A program made the translations under genes and the position numbers. From positions 22,010,001 to 22,074,000 of the forward strand of contig CM022679.1 in assembly GCA_012295275.1 (NCBI GenBank): a DNA stretch of 64,000 nucleotides. The letters run 5' to 3'. Shown here in pieces: positions 25,057 to 38,834 of this stretch. The notes below the pieces were generated by a model, which worked only from the letters and a program-made list of their open reading frames with translations, had not been told where the DNA came from and did not search any database. The stretch is from Chrysomallon squamiferum (Eukaryota > Animalia > Mollusca). Within the stretch, counting starts at the first letter, position 1; each line of letters starts with the position of its first letter.

Positions 25057-27946
25057 CATCCCTCCCTCCCTCTCTCTCTCCTTCCCTGTCTCTGAAATCA
25101 CTATTCCAGTGATAAGCATTAATAGAACAAAAGTTCAAAACTACCTGCTGAGGACAATGACATATTCAAATGCGTACCGTAAAACCTGAAACATAATACA
25201 TATTCATTTGTATAATGACTACTACACCTATCATTAACCCAGAATATAATTGTACAAATGTTTTCTGTTATTTCCTTTTCCTATATTTATTTATTTATTT
25301 ATTATCATTGTTTTGCATGCGCCTCTGTCTACGAGCCTGCGAGGCAGTTATTCTTGGAATAATTTCAATACCACCTTCACCATCTATCATAATTTCCGCC
25401 AGCGTTCGTGCACCAGCGAACCTTTGTTTTTAACCACGGAGAAAACGGAGATGTCTATCTCGAAACTGCCTGTACAAACACAGCCAGATGATTAAGCTTC
25501 GTCAAAAGCACCCTCCAAATGTGGCCATATTCTTAGATGCAGCATCTCATGTTTCGGCATCTCCCTCCAGATGGCAGCACATGTATGTAAGTAATGTATA
25601 TTTGGCGAAGGCGATATCAGGGAAATGGGGAACGGAAAAAAAAAAAAGTAAAGAAATTTCTCTCTCACATTCCTCAGCTGTGAATGAAGGCTATTCGTCG
25701 GATGGTTCGTGAAGCAAGTGGTTATCGTTCTGAGAGAGAAAGAGAGAAGTGCCCGTTGCACTACCTTGCGGTCTATTTATATATATATATATATTCACCG
25801 AATGCCAAAATAAACGCACCAGGTGGCGCTTGCCGCTTTCTAACCGGGGAGGGAGGGAGTGAGGGTGACTTAAAGAAATAATGTGTTGTTCTTAACTGAA
25901 CTGAGAAGAATTTGTGAAACCAGATTGTTTCTAAAAGTAAAAAAGAAAAATTAAATTCCGATGAAATATAATAAATTTATGGTTTGCTGGCAGATTGTTA
26001 TAATTATTATTATTACTCCTCCGCAATAGCAAATACATAAGAATATATTATTATGCAGCAATCTGTGTGAACCATATTTACAGTGCATAACTAAAATAAA
26101 GGTTATTTAATTAATTAAAAAAAAAATAAAATAAATATATTGTATGTTCTTGTATTTAATATATAAAGAAAATAAAAGAAGAAGAAGAAAAAAAAAAAAG
26201 GTAGCAGCAAGAACCATATCCTAAAATATAAGCAATATTCTGGAAACAGGTAACAGTTTAAAAAAAAAAAAAAAAAAAAAAAATTAAATTACCTCTCTAT
26301 TGTATTCAGTTGTTATATATTGTATTTCAAGTTACAAAACACTTATACTAAATGAAAACGTGTCTTCGAGGCAGTAACATTCCCGTCAATTTCATGGATA
26401 TATTATTTTTTTAAATGCAGTGATAGCAGCTTGCAGTGAAACAGTACTTAGGCCGTGCTGCAATAATGTTAAGTATTATTTCACGCAGGTTAGGAGAGTC
26501 GAGATAGATATAAATGTCACAGTTGTCTTTTGTCAGCCAGCAGACATCTTGTCGCCTGCTTGACAATCAGAACGAGGCTCTGCATGATAGGGGTTGCGAA
26601 ATTTTAAAACTTACTTTAGTAGTGAATGTTGCTTATGTATTGTTAATATACGTACTGATTGACTTTATGTGCGCGCGCGTGTGTGTGTGTGTCTGTGCAT
26701 GCTGGCATGTATGTATATGTGTTTATATTTACATGCGTATGTATGTGTATATGTATACGTATGTTTCTAGTTTTATTTATTTATTTATTCATTTATTTGT
26801 TTATTTACTTATTTATTTATTTAATTAAAAATATTTATTATCTTTAAAATATTTCGTTAAGGTACATTTGAAAATGGTTCTCACTCTGTAGTGGATAAAT
26901 AAATATACATACTTAGTGTAATAATAGCTATCGAGCGTTTTTCAGAAGCCGTGCACAAAAGATTTGCCTATAATGAACCCAAGCAGCGTTTACATCAATG
27001 GATATTTATAATGAATGATTACCTGCATAATAGCTTAATTTATACTGAAGTATAATAATTACAATCGATAGATTATCTGACATCTAGTTAATAAAAATGT
27101 CTATGTTTCTTTTTATTATTTTCTATTTTCTATTATTTCTTCTTATTCTTATTTTTTTTTTTTTTTTTTTTTTCCAATTTTTATTTTATTTTATTTTTAT
27201 TTTTTCTGATTCTTTAAAATGAACCTGTCAAACAAACTGAAATCGATTTCGTTTGTAGCGACAGCGTTTACAGCTGTGGAACAAACGAGGACTAAAAGTG
27301 TATATTCATTGTTAATGGAATTAAGATCAATCATTATAGTCCTGAGACCACACTGGGACACCTGTGCCGAGCGATTCTGACGTCACAGCTCGCTCTTACT
27401 GTCATGGCGGCGAAGCAGACGATAGCGGAGTGGTTGGTTCGGGAACCGTATTGAAAAGAGTTAGAGCACACACTGCGCCAGCTGTACGCTAGCCAGATCG
27501 ATATGGAGTCAGTTGCAGCTAGCAGCACAATAAAACATTTTTAACTTGACGATTTATGAAGCAGATGCCAATTTCCTATCAGGTTCCTGCAACCGAGAAT
27601 AGACTGTGCCATCTGGACTCGCCAACAAAGAGCTCTTTCTCTGCTTCTTCTTCGCTTTATTCTAATTTGGAACAGAGTTCTTTGTCTTAATTTCGTTTCT
27701 CTGTTCTCCAGATGCTTTCGACTTTGCCATTTGCGTTGCAAATGAATCCCATGCCACTAGCAAACATTTGTTTCTTCGACCAATCAGTGATGGATTTAAA
27801 GTTTGAAAATTAAAGCCATTGTTTGTTTTTTGTTTTGGAATGGAATTTTTATTTTAGGCATATATCACACAATGGAAAAGAAGGTCACAGATATTATAAA
27901 TATTAATAAAAGAAATAAAGAAGATGCTGTTTTTGTTGTTGTTGTT

Positions 27947-28003
<57 letters not shown>

Positions 28004-29848
28004 TTCATATGTATTAAAGTGTTGTATATTTCAGTGTATGTATTATATGACTGTTTTATCTGTACGTACATGCATATAAAATAACTGTGTATGTATATGT
28101 GTGTAAGCTTGCATGTATCTATGTGTATGTATGTATTCATCCATTTCATGTATTCATAATAAGTATGTATGTATGTATGTATGTATGTATGTATGTATGT
28201 ATGTATGTATGTACGTATGTATGTATATGAATGTACGTACGTATGTCTTTGTGTATGTATATATATGTAGGTTTTTATAAATCAGTGTAGCGTTTGTGTG
28301 TCCATGAATGCATGAGCGTGCGTGCGTGTTAAATGAAGGACGTGTCGTTAATTAATTACAGTATCTAAATCCACAGCATTTCGTCAAAACACCACTGATT
28401 TTTTAACACTTCCCCAGGACGCCTTGACACCAGTTAGGTGATTTTGGATGACGTAATATTCATAACAACAACGTAAGAATGTAACAGATGGGTGACGTCA
28501 TTAACATATAATTATAGCACTAGGGTGTCAATGTTATGCGTCCTTTCTAAAAGTTACAGTACCATAAAGTTGAATGCAATTATTAGTAACATGAAACTAA
28601 ATGGCTTAAAGAGACTTTCATGAACTTAGACAAAAGCTGGATGTTTAAATGAAACAAAGGCGGTTAAACGTTGTTTGCGAACAGGTAAGTATATAGTTTG
28701 TATATATAATACATTTTTAATTGCGTTCTTTTAAAGATGATGAAGAAGAAAAAGAAGGAAGAAAAAAAAAAAAAAGAAGAAGTAAAACAAAAAGCCACAT
28801 TTATTTATGCAGTGAATATGTGCGTTATCTGCTAACATTGTGTGCGTTATCTGCAGACGTTGATGTGCACGTGCTTGCATATTCGTGCGTGCGCGATATC
28901 ACAGGGGAGTTGGGTATGTGATAAATACAGGTATAACGGTAAAATAAATTACTCTTTAACAAACTGTAAATATTTTTAACACCTTTATATTAGAACCACA
29001 AGTGAGAATGCTTGAACTATTTAAGACCCGTTCATACTGTATAATATTTAGGAACGATCAATCTAATACCTGTTATAACCTTTACTGAGACCCAGGTAAA
29101 TATTTTTAACCAGCATATCAAAGACCGTGACGTAATTATGACTCGTGATCGTAGGTAAAAGATACTGCTAGCGGTTAAGAATAGTTCTGGACCTACCCAC
29201 TGCAATTTTTGTCTTCAATTTCATTGTTATACAACACACAACACACACACCTATATATTTCTAAATACTGCACTGTGCGAATGCGCCTTAAACAGTTTAA
29301 CTTATTACTACCGTCAACAAATACATATACTTTATACTTTTAAACTAATTTTAAAATATATATATATATATATATATATTATAAAATTGGCGTATCTCTA
29401 TGAAACCTAAATATAATTTCTGATTTATTATTACTACTGCTACTACTAATAATAGTAGTAATGACGTGCTTACGTGAGTAACATTTATAGTGCAATGTGT
29501 CAAAAAGATTGGTAGATAACACTGAGTTTATTATTAACTTCGATATCAGATATGATTCTCGGCATATTAAACAGATGTCATACCAGCGCTACATGTTTTA
29601 AAAATAAAACAAAATGAATGACACTACAGTAAGAGTGTTGCACATGTGCGTACACTTATTTAACAATGATTTAACGTAGAATGAAACAAAAGCCAGGCTG
29701 CAATATGCTTATATGCGTGCATCAATCATAAATGATTTGATTATAATATTTATGCATAATTAAAAACCAGTCTATCGCTGTTCAAAGTGTACGTGGACGA
29801 CACTGTCTGCAGTTTTATGTTTTGATTCAAAAATATCATCAGATAAAG

Positions 29849-29881
<33 letters not shown>

Positions 29882-30327
29882 AAATCATTTTAAAAATAAA
29901 TTAAATTCAGTTAAATTAAAAAAAAAAAAAAAAATAATAATAATAATAAAAAAATAAAAAATAAAATTTATGCTTTGATCTAAGACGTAAAATAACAAAC
30001 AGAATCCTGCTGGTTCTGTATTTAAAGTTTAAACCACGCTGTCCTATAAACAAAAAAAAAACGTTTATTTATTAAATTTTATTAGCGAAATAATTGTAAC
30101 ATACGGAGTCAGCATTATTGTGAAAACACTAAATACTATGTTCCAAGCTACAATCAATCGTTAATCTGAAAACAGCCGCTAACATATGGAAGTAAACAGA
30201 TACAGCTGATCTTATTTTAAATGAAATATTATACAAGTACTAAAAAAACAAAAAAAACAAAACAAAAATAAAAAAATAAATTATAATAATAATAATAAAA
30301 AAAAAATAATAATAATAATAAAAATAA

Positions 30328-30413
<86 letters not shown>

Positions 30414-30682
30414 AATATCTAACTTCATACACTTAAAAGAATGAAAAAAATAACCTAATGTAAGACAATAAAATAATAATACATTTCAGAATACAGCTAA
30501 ATTATGTAAATATAACTAAATATACACTGCTGTCCTTAAATACTACAACTGCTACTAGTACTAGTACTACTACCACTACTACTACTACTAATAATAATAA
30601 CAGTAAAATGAAAATAATAAAATAAAAAATTTAATAATAATAAAATAAAAAATATAAAAATATAATAGTAGTAGTAGTAGTT

Positions 30683-30733
<51 letters not shown>

Positions 30734-31607
30734 ATAGTAGTAGGAGTAGTAGTAGTAGTAGTAGAGGTAGTAGTAGTAGTAGAGGTAGTAGTAGTAGTAA
30801 ATAAATGAATAAATAAAAATCAAATAGCTCTGATCAACCAATACAAACTAAATTAATCCTATTCAAATTCAAAACAAAATAACGCAACCTGAACCACTGA
30901 ACCAGCCAAATACAGCTCAAAGGAACTTACCAAACCAACGCAACGCAATAAAACACAACCTTCCGCATTCCTACTACAATTTAGATGAATATCAAACAAC
31001 TTAGACTATGTCGGCCCACAACACATCTTACTTAACCTCTTCAGACCCTTTCAGACAGAAACCGCAAATCACAGAAACTTAACTAACCCATTCTAATTAA
31101 ATTCAGCGTGACGAAACCTAATTAAAAACCAGCCTAACGCAACCTGCTCAAAACCAGCCCAAACTAAAAAAACCTAACATGAAATCAACCTAGCTTAAAC
31201 GAAACCAAAATTTCTAGCCTAATATATACTCCAAACCAGTCGCTGATAAATGCATTTACGCTGTTACATAAACAAATCAGTGTAAGTGAACTCTTGTTAA
31301 AATCAGTATTATTATCTGTTTTATTATAGTCTACTTTCGTTTGCCTCTGATCTTGTAAGTTCTATTAATATTCGTATGAAATTGTTTCTGACGTTGGTGG
31401 TTGCCTGCTAAAACCCACCCCCTTTTTTTTCTCCGACATATTGCTACACCAGCCATCTGAGCAGACGATAATTAAAATATTTGACGCCTTGCCACGATAC
31501 ACAATACTCTCTGTTTGTCAGACAGATGTTATGCATAAAACTGGCACAATATCAAATCTTGGGACGCCAGCACAGCTAAATATACATACGTATATACATA
31601 TATATAC

Positions 31608-31668
<61 letters not shown>

Positions 31669-31782
31669 TACATACATACATACATATACTATACTCCTCG
31701 ACAAGTAAATCACCGAATCGATTGTAGTAAAACAAAATTACATGTAATAGTAATTGTATCAGCTAATTTAGTTTAATAATAA

Positions 31783-31818
<36 letters not shown>

Positions 31819-32479
31819 CAGCAGCAGAAGTAGTAGTAGTTGTAGTAGTAATGATAGTAGTAGTTGAAGTAGTAATAGTAATAGTAGTATTGGTAATAGC
31901 AATAATAACAGTAGTTGTTGCAGTAGTAATGGTGGTGGTAAAAAAAAAAAAAAAAAAAAAAAACATCTACAAAGAATGAGCGCATAAATGATTGAAACAA
32001 AATAATTCTCCATTTTTAAAAAAAAAAAATTTATATATTTTTTGCTTTTTAATGGAATGGGTATATTACTACTACTATTACTACTATTACTACTACTACT
32101 ACTACTACTACCACTACCACTACCACTACCACTACCACTACCACCACCACTACCACTACCACTACTACTACTACTACTACTAATAATAATAATAATAATT
32201 AAAATAACAGTAACCTACAGTTAAACAAACATAATTTAAAATTACCAGATAAAACATTTTAATACATTTTTTTTTCACAATTTGCCTAAACGTATCCTCC
32301 AGACTTAACTTGCACCCAATTTCAATCCAGTTAAAACCAGTTGTCTTGACGTGTCACCCCCTTTTCAAATTCCCGTCGTTAAACTTCCCCATAATTTTTT
32401 TTTTCTTTTTTTTTTTTTTTTGTTCCCTTCCTCCAGCTAGCTAAACCGCGATAAATTGTTTACTGCAAATATTATGCGA

Positions 32480-33029
32480 GCACTATATTTATATAGTTAA
32501 CAGGTGTTGCAAGGTCTCCAAATGCCGACTCCCCTTGCAGCTAAGTGGGCCAGTCTCACCACTCAACCATTAGATTACGTATTGGGTTTACCCAAAGAAC
32601 ATGGAAAATACTTGAATGGCCACCTGGTCGGCTATTATGCTTCGGCTGTACGTAGCGTCGTCGTCAATGAAACCAGGGCTCTTGCAATTTCCATATATTT
32701 TAATGACACTGGCAGCGTAATTATGAACGTTTACAAGTGAGAAGTCAGCCCCCAATCAGTGCGGACGGGCCGAATACGTCGCAGCTCGGTGGCCGAGTTA
32801 TTTTTATATCGCTTCAATTGCCTGTATGAAAGATAGCCATCTGAGGGGGATTAGTCAATAAATAACACGCATCTGAGGAATTCTTCTGCATATAACATCT
32901 GGCTGCCTTGGCTGACGGGTTAGTATCGAGTGTAAACAGCGCGGTGTGTGAGAGAGAGGGAGAGGGAGAGAGAGAGTGAGCGCGCTTTAACACGCCGCGT
33001 TAAGCAGCAACACCACGGTTCGGCTGGAG
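32480..33029 (+). promoter_or_regulatory. Atoh8 proximal promoter and 5' UTR
   Basis: CCAAT near 32752; CATCTG E-boxes at 32838, 32870 and 32896; CATATAA at 32889 about 30 nt before Inr-like TTAGT at 32920. Confidence 0.5.
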
Positions 33030-33938
33030 ATGGCAGTTTGTGGGGGCACCTGTGAACCTGCCTCCTCCCCGTCCCTGGGCCGAGGGTCTGTTACCCCGTC
33101 GCCCGACGGACCCGCCAATCACGGGAAGGACTTGTCCCCCATGGAGACGCCGAGAAAAAACAAGAGGAAACTGAGTTCTCCGAGGAAGAGGGCCGATTTC
33201 AGCATTAAGAGACTGTGCCCGGAAACGAGTCCCGGGAGTGCCATGTCGGATTCAGGGTGCAGCGAGGACTTCGAAGGAGTCAGGGAGGAGCCGCCCGACA
33301 CGCCCGATCCGGCATACCTCCCGGATCCGGACGAATCTTCTTCACAAGGCATCGGAGAGCGCGGAAGCACGGCTCTCTACGCCCCTGTGACGAACATTAT
33401 GAACGGAATACGGCAGAACTGTGTGGTGCCGAACATGTACTTGAACAAAGCTCATTTTTCAATTCCACCCGCTGCTCTGATTCCCGGATTTCCCACTCTG
33501 AAAATCCCCGCGGCGTTTCCCGACAACGTCGGCAACCGCCAGGTGGAACTGCTGGGCAGAGCCAGCGTCAACGTGTTCGAGAATCAGGACCAGGACGACG
33601 CCGACGACTACGTTTCTGGGAAAGGCAGGAAGCAGAGGAAGAACTACAAGAACATGACGAGGGAAAGGCGCGTGGAGGCGAACGCTCGGGAGCGATCCCG
33701 CGTCCACACAATCAGTGCTGCTTTCGACGCCCTGAGGCAGGCCGTTCCTTCGTATTCGTACAATCAAAAACTGTCTAAACTAGCCATACTTAGAATAGCC
33801 AGCAGTTACATAATGGCTCTGGCCAGGTTAGCCGACCTGGACTACTCGCAGGATCAAAACTCTTGGACTTTCTCCGAGTGCGTTGACATGTGCACAAGAA
33901 CAATTCAGACGGAAGGAAGAGCCAGAAGACGTCACTGA
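33030..33938 (+). CDS. atoh8: Atonal-related bHLH transcription factor Atoh8/Net, 302 aa, single coding exon
   Basis: bHLH RERRVEANARERSRVHTISAAFDALRQAVPSYSYNQKLSKLAILRIASSYIMALARLADLDYS, plus the Atoh8/Net-type tail FSECVDMCTRTIQTEGR. Confidence 0.95.
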   Translation: MAVCGGTCEPASSPSLGRGSVTPSPDGPANHGKDLSPMETPRKNKRKLSSPRKRADFSIKRLCPETSPGSAMSDSGCSEDFEGVREEPPDTPDPAYLPDPDESSSQGIGERGSTALYAPVTNIMNGIRQNCVVPNMYLNKAHFSIPPAALIPGFPTLKIPAAFPDNVGNRQVELLGRASVNVFENQDQDDADDYVSGKGRKQRKNYKNMTRERRVEANARERSRVHTISAAFDALRQAVPSYSYNQKLSKLAILRIASSYIMALARLADLDYSQDQNSWTFSECVDMCTRTIQTEGRARRRH

Positions 33939-34656
33939 TGACGTCACTGATGACAGATTAGCGTCTCAGGAAGGTTGTAAAAATAATTAAATGGATTTTA
34001 AATTCTCCGGAACACCCATCGATTAGTGCAGAACGTTATAATAAAAACGCGTTAAAACAGAATTAAAAGGATATTTCGTTACCAGGACTTCTAACAATAA
34101 TCGTAAGAAAAAAAACAAAAGAAGAAAAAAAAAATTAATTGGATATTTTGAACAGGGATCGTTCGTTTAAGAAAAATTTTGTGATGAAAATTTGTAAATT
34201 CGGAATTAAAACGGATATTGTATTATTACGAACTTTTCGTTCAGTAATCACTTAAACAGAAGATTCTAAAAAAGGAATTAAATGGATATTATAATAATAC
34301 ATACTGGCTCCCTTCGATTAAGTAAGAGATTTTGGAAAGAAAACGCCAGAGTGGATACACTGTTATGTACAAATAACCTTTCTTGGAAAAAGATGGAACT
34401 GAACCGTCGCTGGATTTTTTTTTTAAGACGAGGAAATCAATAATGTTTCAAATCTGTGATATATCTCAACTTTTACCCGTTCATCTGTTCGTACGTGTGT
34501 ATGTATGTGTACTCGAGTTCGAGACGCGACACCTCGGTGTGGATTTTATTTGTTTTTTAAATGCTCTCTTTTTCTTGTTGAATGTGCTCGTTCAGACTAT
34601 TTGTTGTTGGTTCGTATGTTGTATCTATATATTGTTAAATGCTTAAATGTTTTAGC

Positions 34657-34662
34657 AATAAA
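34657..34662 (+). terminator. Candidate Atoh8 poly(A) signal
   Basis: AATAAA followed by T/GT-rich sequence, about 720 nt after the stop. Confidence 0.4.
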
Positions 34663-34826
34663 CAAATGCTTGTTGTTAAAAGTGACGAGCATATTTTTTG
34701 TCACTATATATACGTTTTATTTCCTGTTGTGTAGTGTAGCGATTCATTAAATATTAAATATGGATTATTTTTCTTCTAAAAACCGGCCCACCCATTTTAA
34801 TTGGTTATCTTTCTTCCATTCCATAT

Positions 34827-34899
<73 letters not shown>

Positions 34900-35738
34900 T
34901 TATATGAAGAAAATTAATAATTTATAATTATTTAGATCTGTGTTTGCTCTGAATCTCTTTGTAGTTACTTAATTTTTACGTTAGCTTTTAAACAACTGCT
35001 GTTTGTATTTATTAAATTTAACGACGTAGAACTACGTACACTGCAGTAATTACAGCAGACTGTCAAAGTCAAACCTGATATCTGAAAACAATGCTGTGCT
35101 TATTATGTCTGTCACTAACTAATTGAATTAATTAAATTTTCCATAGTATCTGTTCCCGGCGCTGCGGTTATTAGTTTGTCGCTGTAACGTAACACGAAGT
35201 AGAAGTATGGATTATTAGTCCGCGAGTTTAGTTTTAAGAAGGATACATCTCTGTAACATTTTTATCAGGAATAGATAGGAGAGGTCGACCAGGAATACCG
35301 ACATATCGTTAGTACTTTTGAGAGAGAGAAACGGTGATCACGTATGAAACGGAAAACTATTTTATTTTGTCATTTATTTAACTTTATTTTTTATTTGATA
35401 ATGATGATGATGATCATCATCATCATTATAATTCAATTTCTATGCAGCTACCACCAAATCGACACATCCCCGGGAACATAACAGTCGTCGTCTTGTTTGT
35501 TGTTAAAGCGAGGAGATAAACAAAATAATAATAATAATAATAATGAAAATAATAATCTGTCGTCTGGAGGTTGTCCCACGCGAGCCTCATCTGAACATCT
35601 GGCAGACGACCGGCTTTGCTGTGTGCAAGCGTCACGTTGTGATAAGTACATAACGTGCTTGGTTGCCGACACCGCCAGAAACCAGATAACATTAGCACTT
35701 GCAGGCATTCAGACGGCAAATGAAACGTCCGTCGTTTG

Positions 35739-35783
<45 letters not shown>

Positions 35784-37943
35784 CGTTGACAAACAATTCG
35801 CCCGCCTGCCTGCCTGTCAGTTGTTTGTGGAGAATTTTTTTTATTAAAAACCCAGCCAGTTTGTGAACCTTTTAAAATGTGAGAGCAACATTATTAATAC
35901 TACAACTACAACTACTATTATTACTATTACTGCTACTACTACTACTACCATCACCACTACTATTACTATTACTACTGGTAATACTATTACTACTACTATT
36001 ACTATTATTATTACTATTATTACTACTACTACTATTTCTATCACCACTACTATTACTGCTACTACTACTTCTATTAATACTACTATTACTACTAATACTA
36101 TTAGTAAACTATTACTACTACTTTTACTACTCTGATATACTACGTTTTCCTTCTATGACTACTAACATTAAACTATATTATAAAGAACTATAATAATATC
36201 ATAAACTTTTAAAATTATTAAATATTCTTTTTTAAATAACGACAAATCACAAAGAGTATTGATCATTGGTGCACTAATAGTAAGTTTTTACCCGTTCCAA
36301 TCAGTGCTTCGCACCAGCTATTAGTTACTGAATATGACGCAAAAATCGTAGGGAAAAAAAAATCTATAAAAATAATAAAAAAGAAAGAAATAACGAAAGA
36401 AACATATATTAATAATTTCGTTTGTCCTTTCTATCAAACCTCTCACATTAACCGCAAATTATATATCAAAATATTTCTTTTGTTTTTTTAACTTTAAAAA
36501 AACAACAAAAAAACAACAACAACAATTCCCCCCCCAAAAAACAAACAAACAAACAAACAAAAAAACGCCTAAAATTTAATACCCCAGTTAGAATTTATTC
36601 ACGAGGTCGTTCGAGTACATATTTTTTCGCTCTTCTTTCCCGAATTCCTATTGAACGAATATTAAGTTTGTGCATGTTTTTCTGGGCTGGCTTGATTTAT
36701 GTGGGCAGCGAAACGTGATATATTAATGCTTTACGCCAAGGGTTTAATAAACAGTCAGGTGTTATCTACTTGGGGTGTGTTGCATCGTAAAACGAAACTG
36801 GTTGTTGTTCAGCTAATTTTTTTTTTTTTTTTTTTTTCTGTCGCGGTCTATTTATAGATGTGAGACAGGTGGCTGTGTGTATGTATGTATGTAGCCGACT
36901 AGCGCGCCTGAGAACGAACTTAAAAACGAAACAATATTAAAACGGAATACGTAATGTGTGCGGTTTATGAAATATTTACGCAGTTAAGAATATAGATTGT
37001 TGTGGTGGGGATTTTAATAATTTCCTTAAACATTTGTATTAATATGTAAGTATAAATAAATAAATAACATATATATATATATATATATATAAAATGTTAT
37101 TTATTTATTTATTAAACATTGCAAATATTATGACAACAATAACAATTAACGATATTTATAATATGATAATGATAATAATAATGATGATAATAATAATGAT
37201 AATGGTGATGATAACGACGACGACGATAATGATGATGATGATGATGATGATAATTACTAGAACAAAAATAACATTATAAAAACCTCCGTAAACATACTGC
37301 GTCTAAATAAGATATAGAACACCTTTTCATGCTATTTTTAACACGCCTGTCTATGACGTCATCTGACACACTGCTTTATTACGTCATGATTATCTCCACA
37401 CCAACACTAATGACTTCGGTATCGTTAGCACAGCTCATTAACGAGTTAGGTAAAACCTAGATATCGAGGTATTTTCGTTCACCTGGGTTCAAGCACTCTG
37501 CGCTGATACCTTGATTTTTGTTTAAAGTTAACTCTCATTTCAACATAATTTTGCTGGACCGACCATATTTTATTTTAGTTTCTAGTACGCCATGTTGTAT
37601 AATTTAAATTTGGATCAAGGTGTTTTTAATTCGAGTACGTTTTCGTTTTTTTTTTTTTTGTACTGATTTTAAATAAAACCAATTAAATCTGTGTTTATTA
37701 CCTCCAGCCTGGACATGAAATGCAGAAACAGTTATAAATAAAACTGAATGTTCAGTTCACGGTATTTTCGTTCACGTAAATACATCTTGTTGGTAATTTG
37801 ATTCGCAAGAAAAAGTGACTGTCTAGTTTCAAGGTAATTTTCTTTTTATTCTGTTAACCATCCGAAGTTTCAAAAACTCTTTTCCGATAATCTTTATTTG
37901 GTATATAAAAGTGTCTCTTAAAATTACAATACAATAGCGTCGC

Positions 37944-37977
<34 letters not shown>

Positions 37978-38614
37978 ATGATTAAATAAAAAAAAAAAAA
38001 TGTCAATAAAAAAAAAAAAAAAAAAAACTAAATAAAAAAAAAAAATATATATATATATATATATAATAATTAAGAAAGAATGAAGGAAATAAGAAAGAAA
38101 GAAACAAACAAACAAAAAGAAAGAAAAAGAAAAGAAAAAATACAGTTAGTTTGATTTGGCAACAAAGTGTTGAAGAGAATCGATTCTTAAGTGTCATTAA
38201 TTCTGGGTAACTGTTGATTCGAGGATGATCCAGCTTGGGTACAAAATATAGCTTCTGAAGAAGAAGAAACCAGATGAGAGACTAACAAGGTGTTTTTCAA
38301 CTCGTTAACGTATGTTTGTATTATGTATGTGTGTGTATGTATGTATGTATGTATGTGTGTGTGTATATATGTGTATATGTGTATATGTATGTGTATGTGT
38401 TATGTATGTATGTATGTGTGTATGTTGATATATGTGCATTAATGTATGTATGTGTCTTTGTCTATATATTTATTTATTTATTTATTTTCTGCCTACAACA
38501 ATAAAAAAAAATTGATTTGTTGGGGCTTTGGGGTTTGTTTTTTTTATCCCCAAGAACAACGGTAAAGGATTCACAAAAATTGATTTGATCTCGCAAATCG
38601 ACCAGCTACTCCAC

Positions 38615-38645
<31 letters not shown>

Positions 38646-38669
38646 ACACACACACACACACACAGATAA

Positions 38670-38729
<60 letters not shown>

Positions 38730-38793
38730 ACACACACACACACACAGATAAACACACACACACACACACAGATAAACACACACACACACACAG

Positions 38794-38834
<41 letters not shown>

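Noticed and set aside
33985-34360. CRISPR-like repeat-spacer appearance
   Set aside because: Eukaryotic 3' UTR; repeats are only about 15 nt and degenerate, with no cas genes; kept only as a periodic-motif finding
35844-36193. Poly-Thr/Leu/Val, poly-ER, poly-CV and poly-HT ORFs here and throughout the track
   Set aside because: Translations of microsatellites
37468-37775. 15-bp direct repeat GGTATTTTCGTTCAC as a possible TSD
   Set aside because: The enclosed 278 bp has no poly(A) tail, TIRs or clear SINE structure
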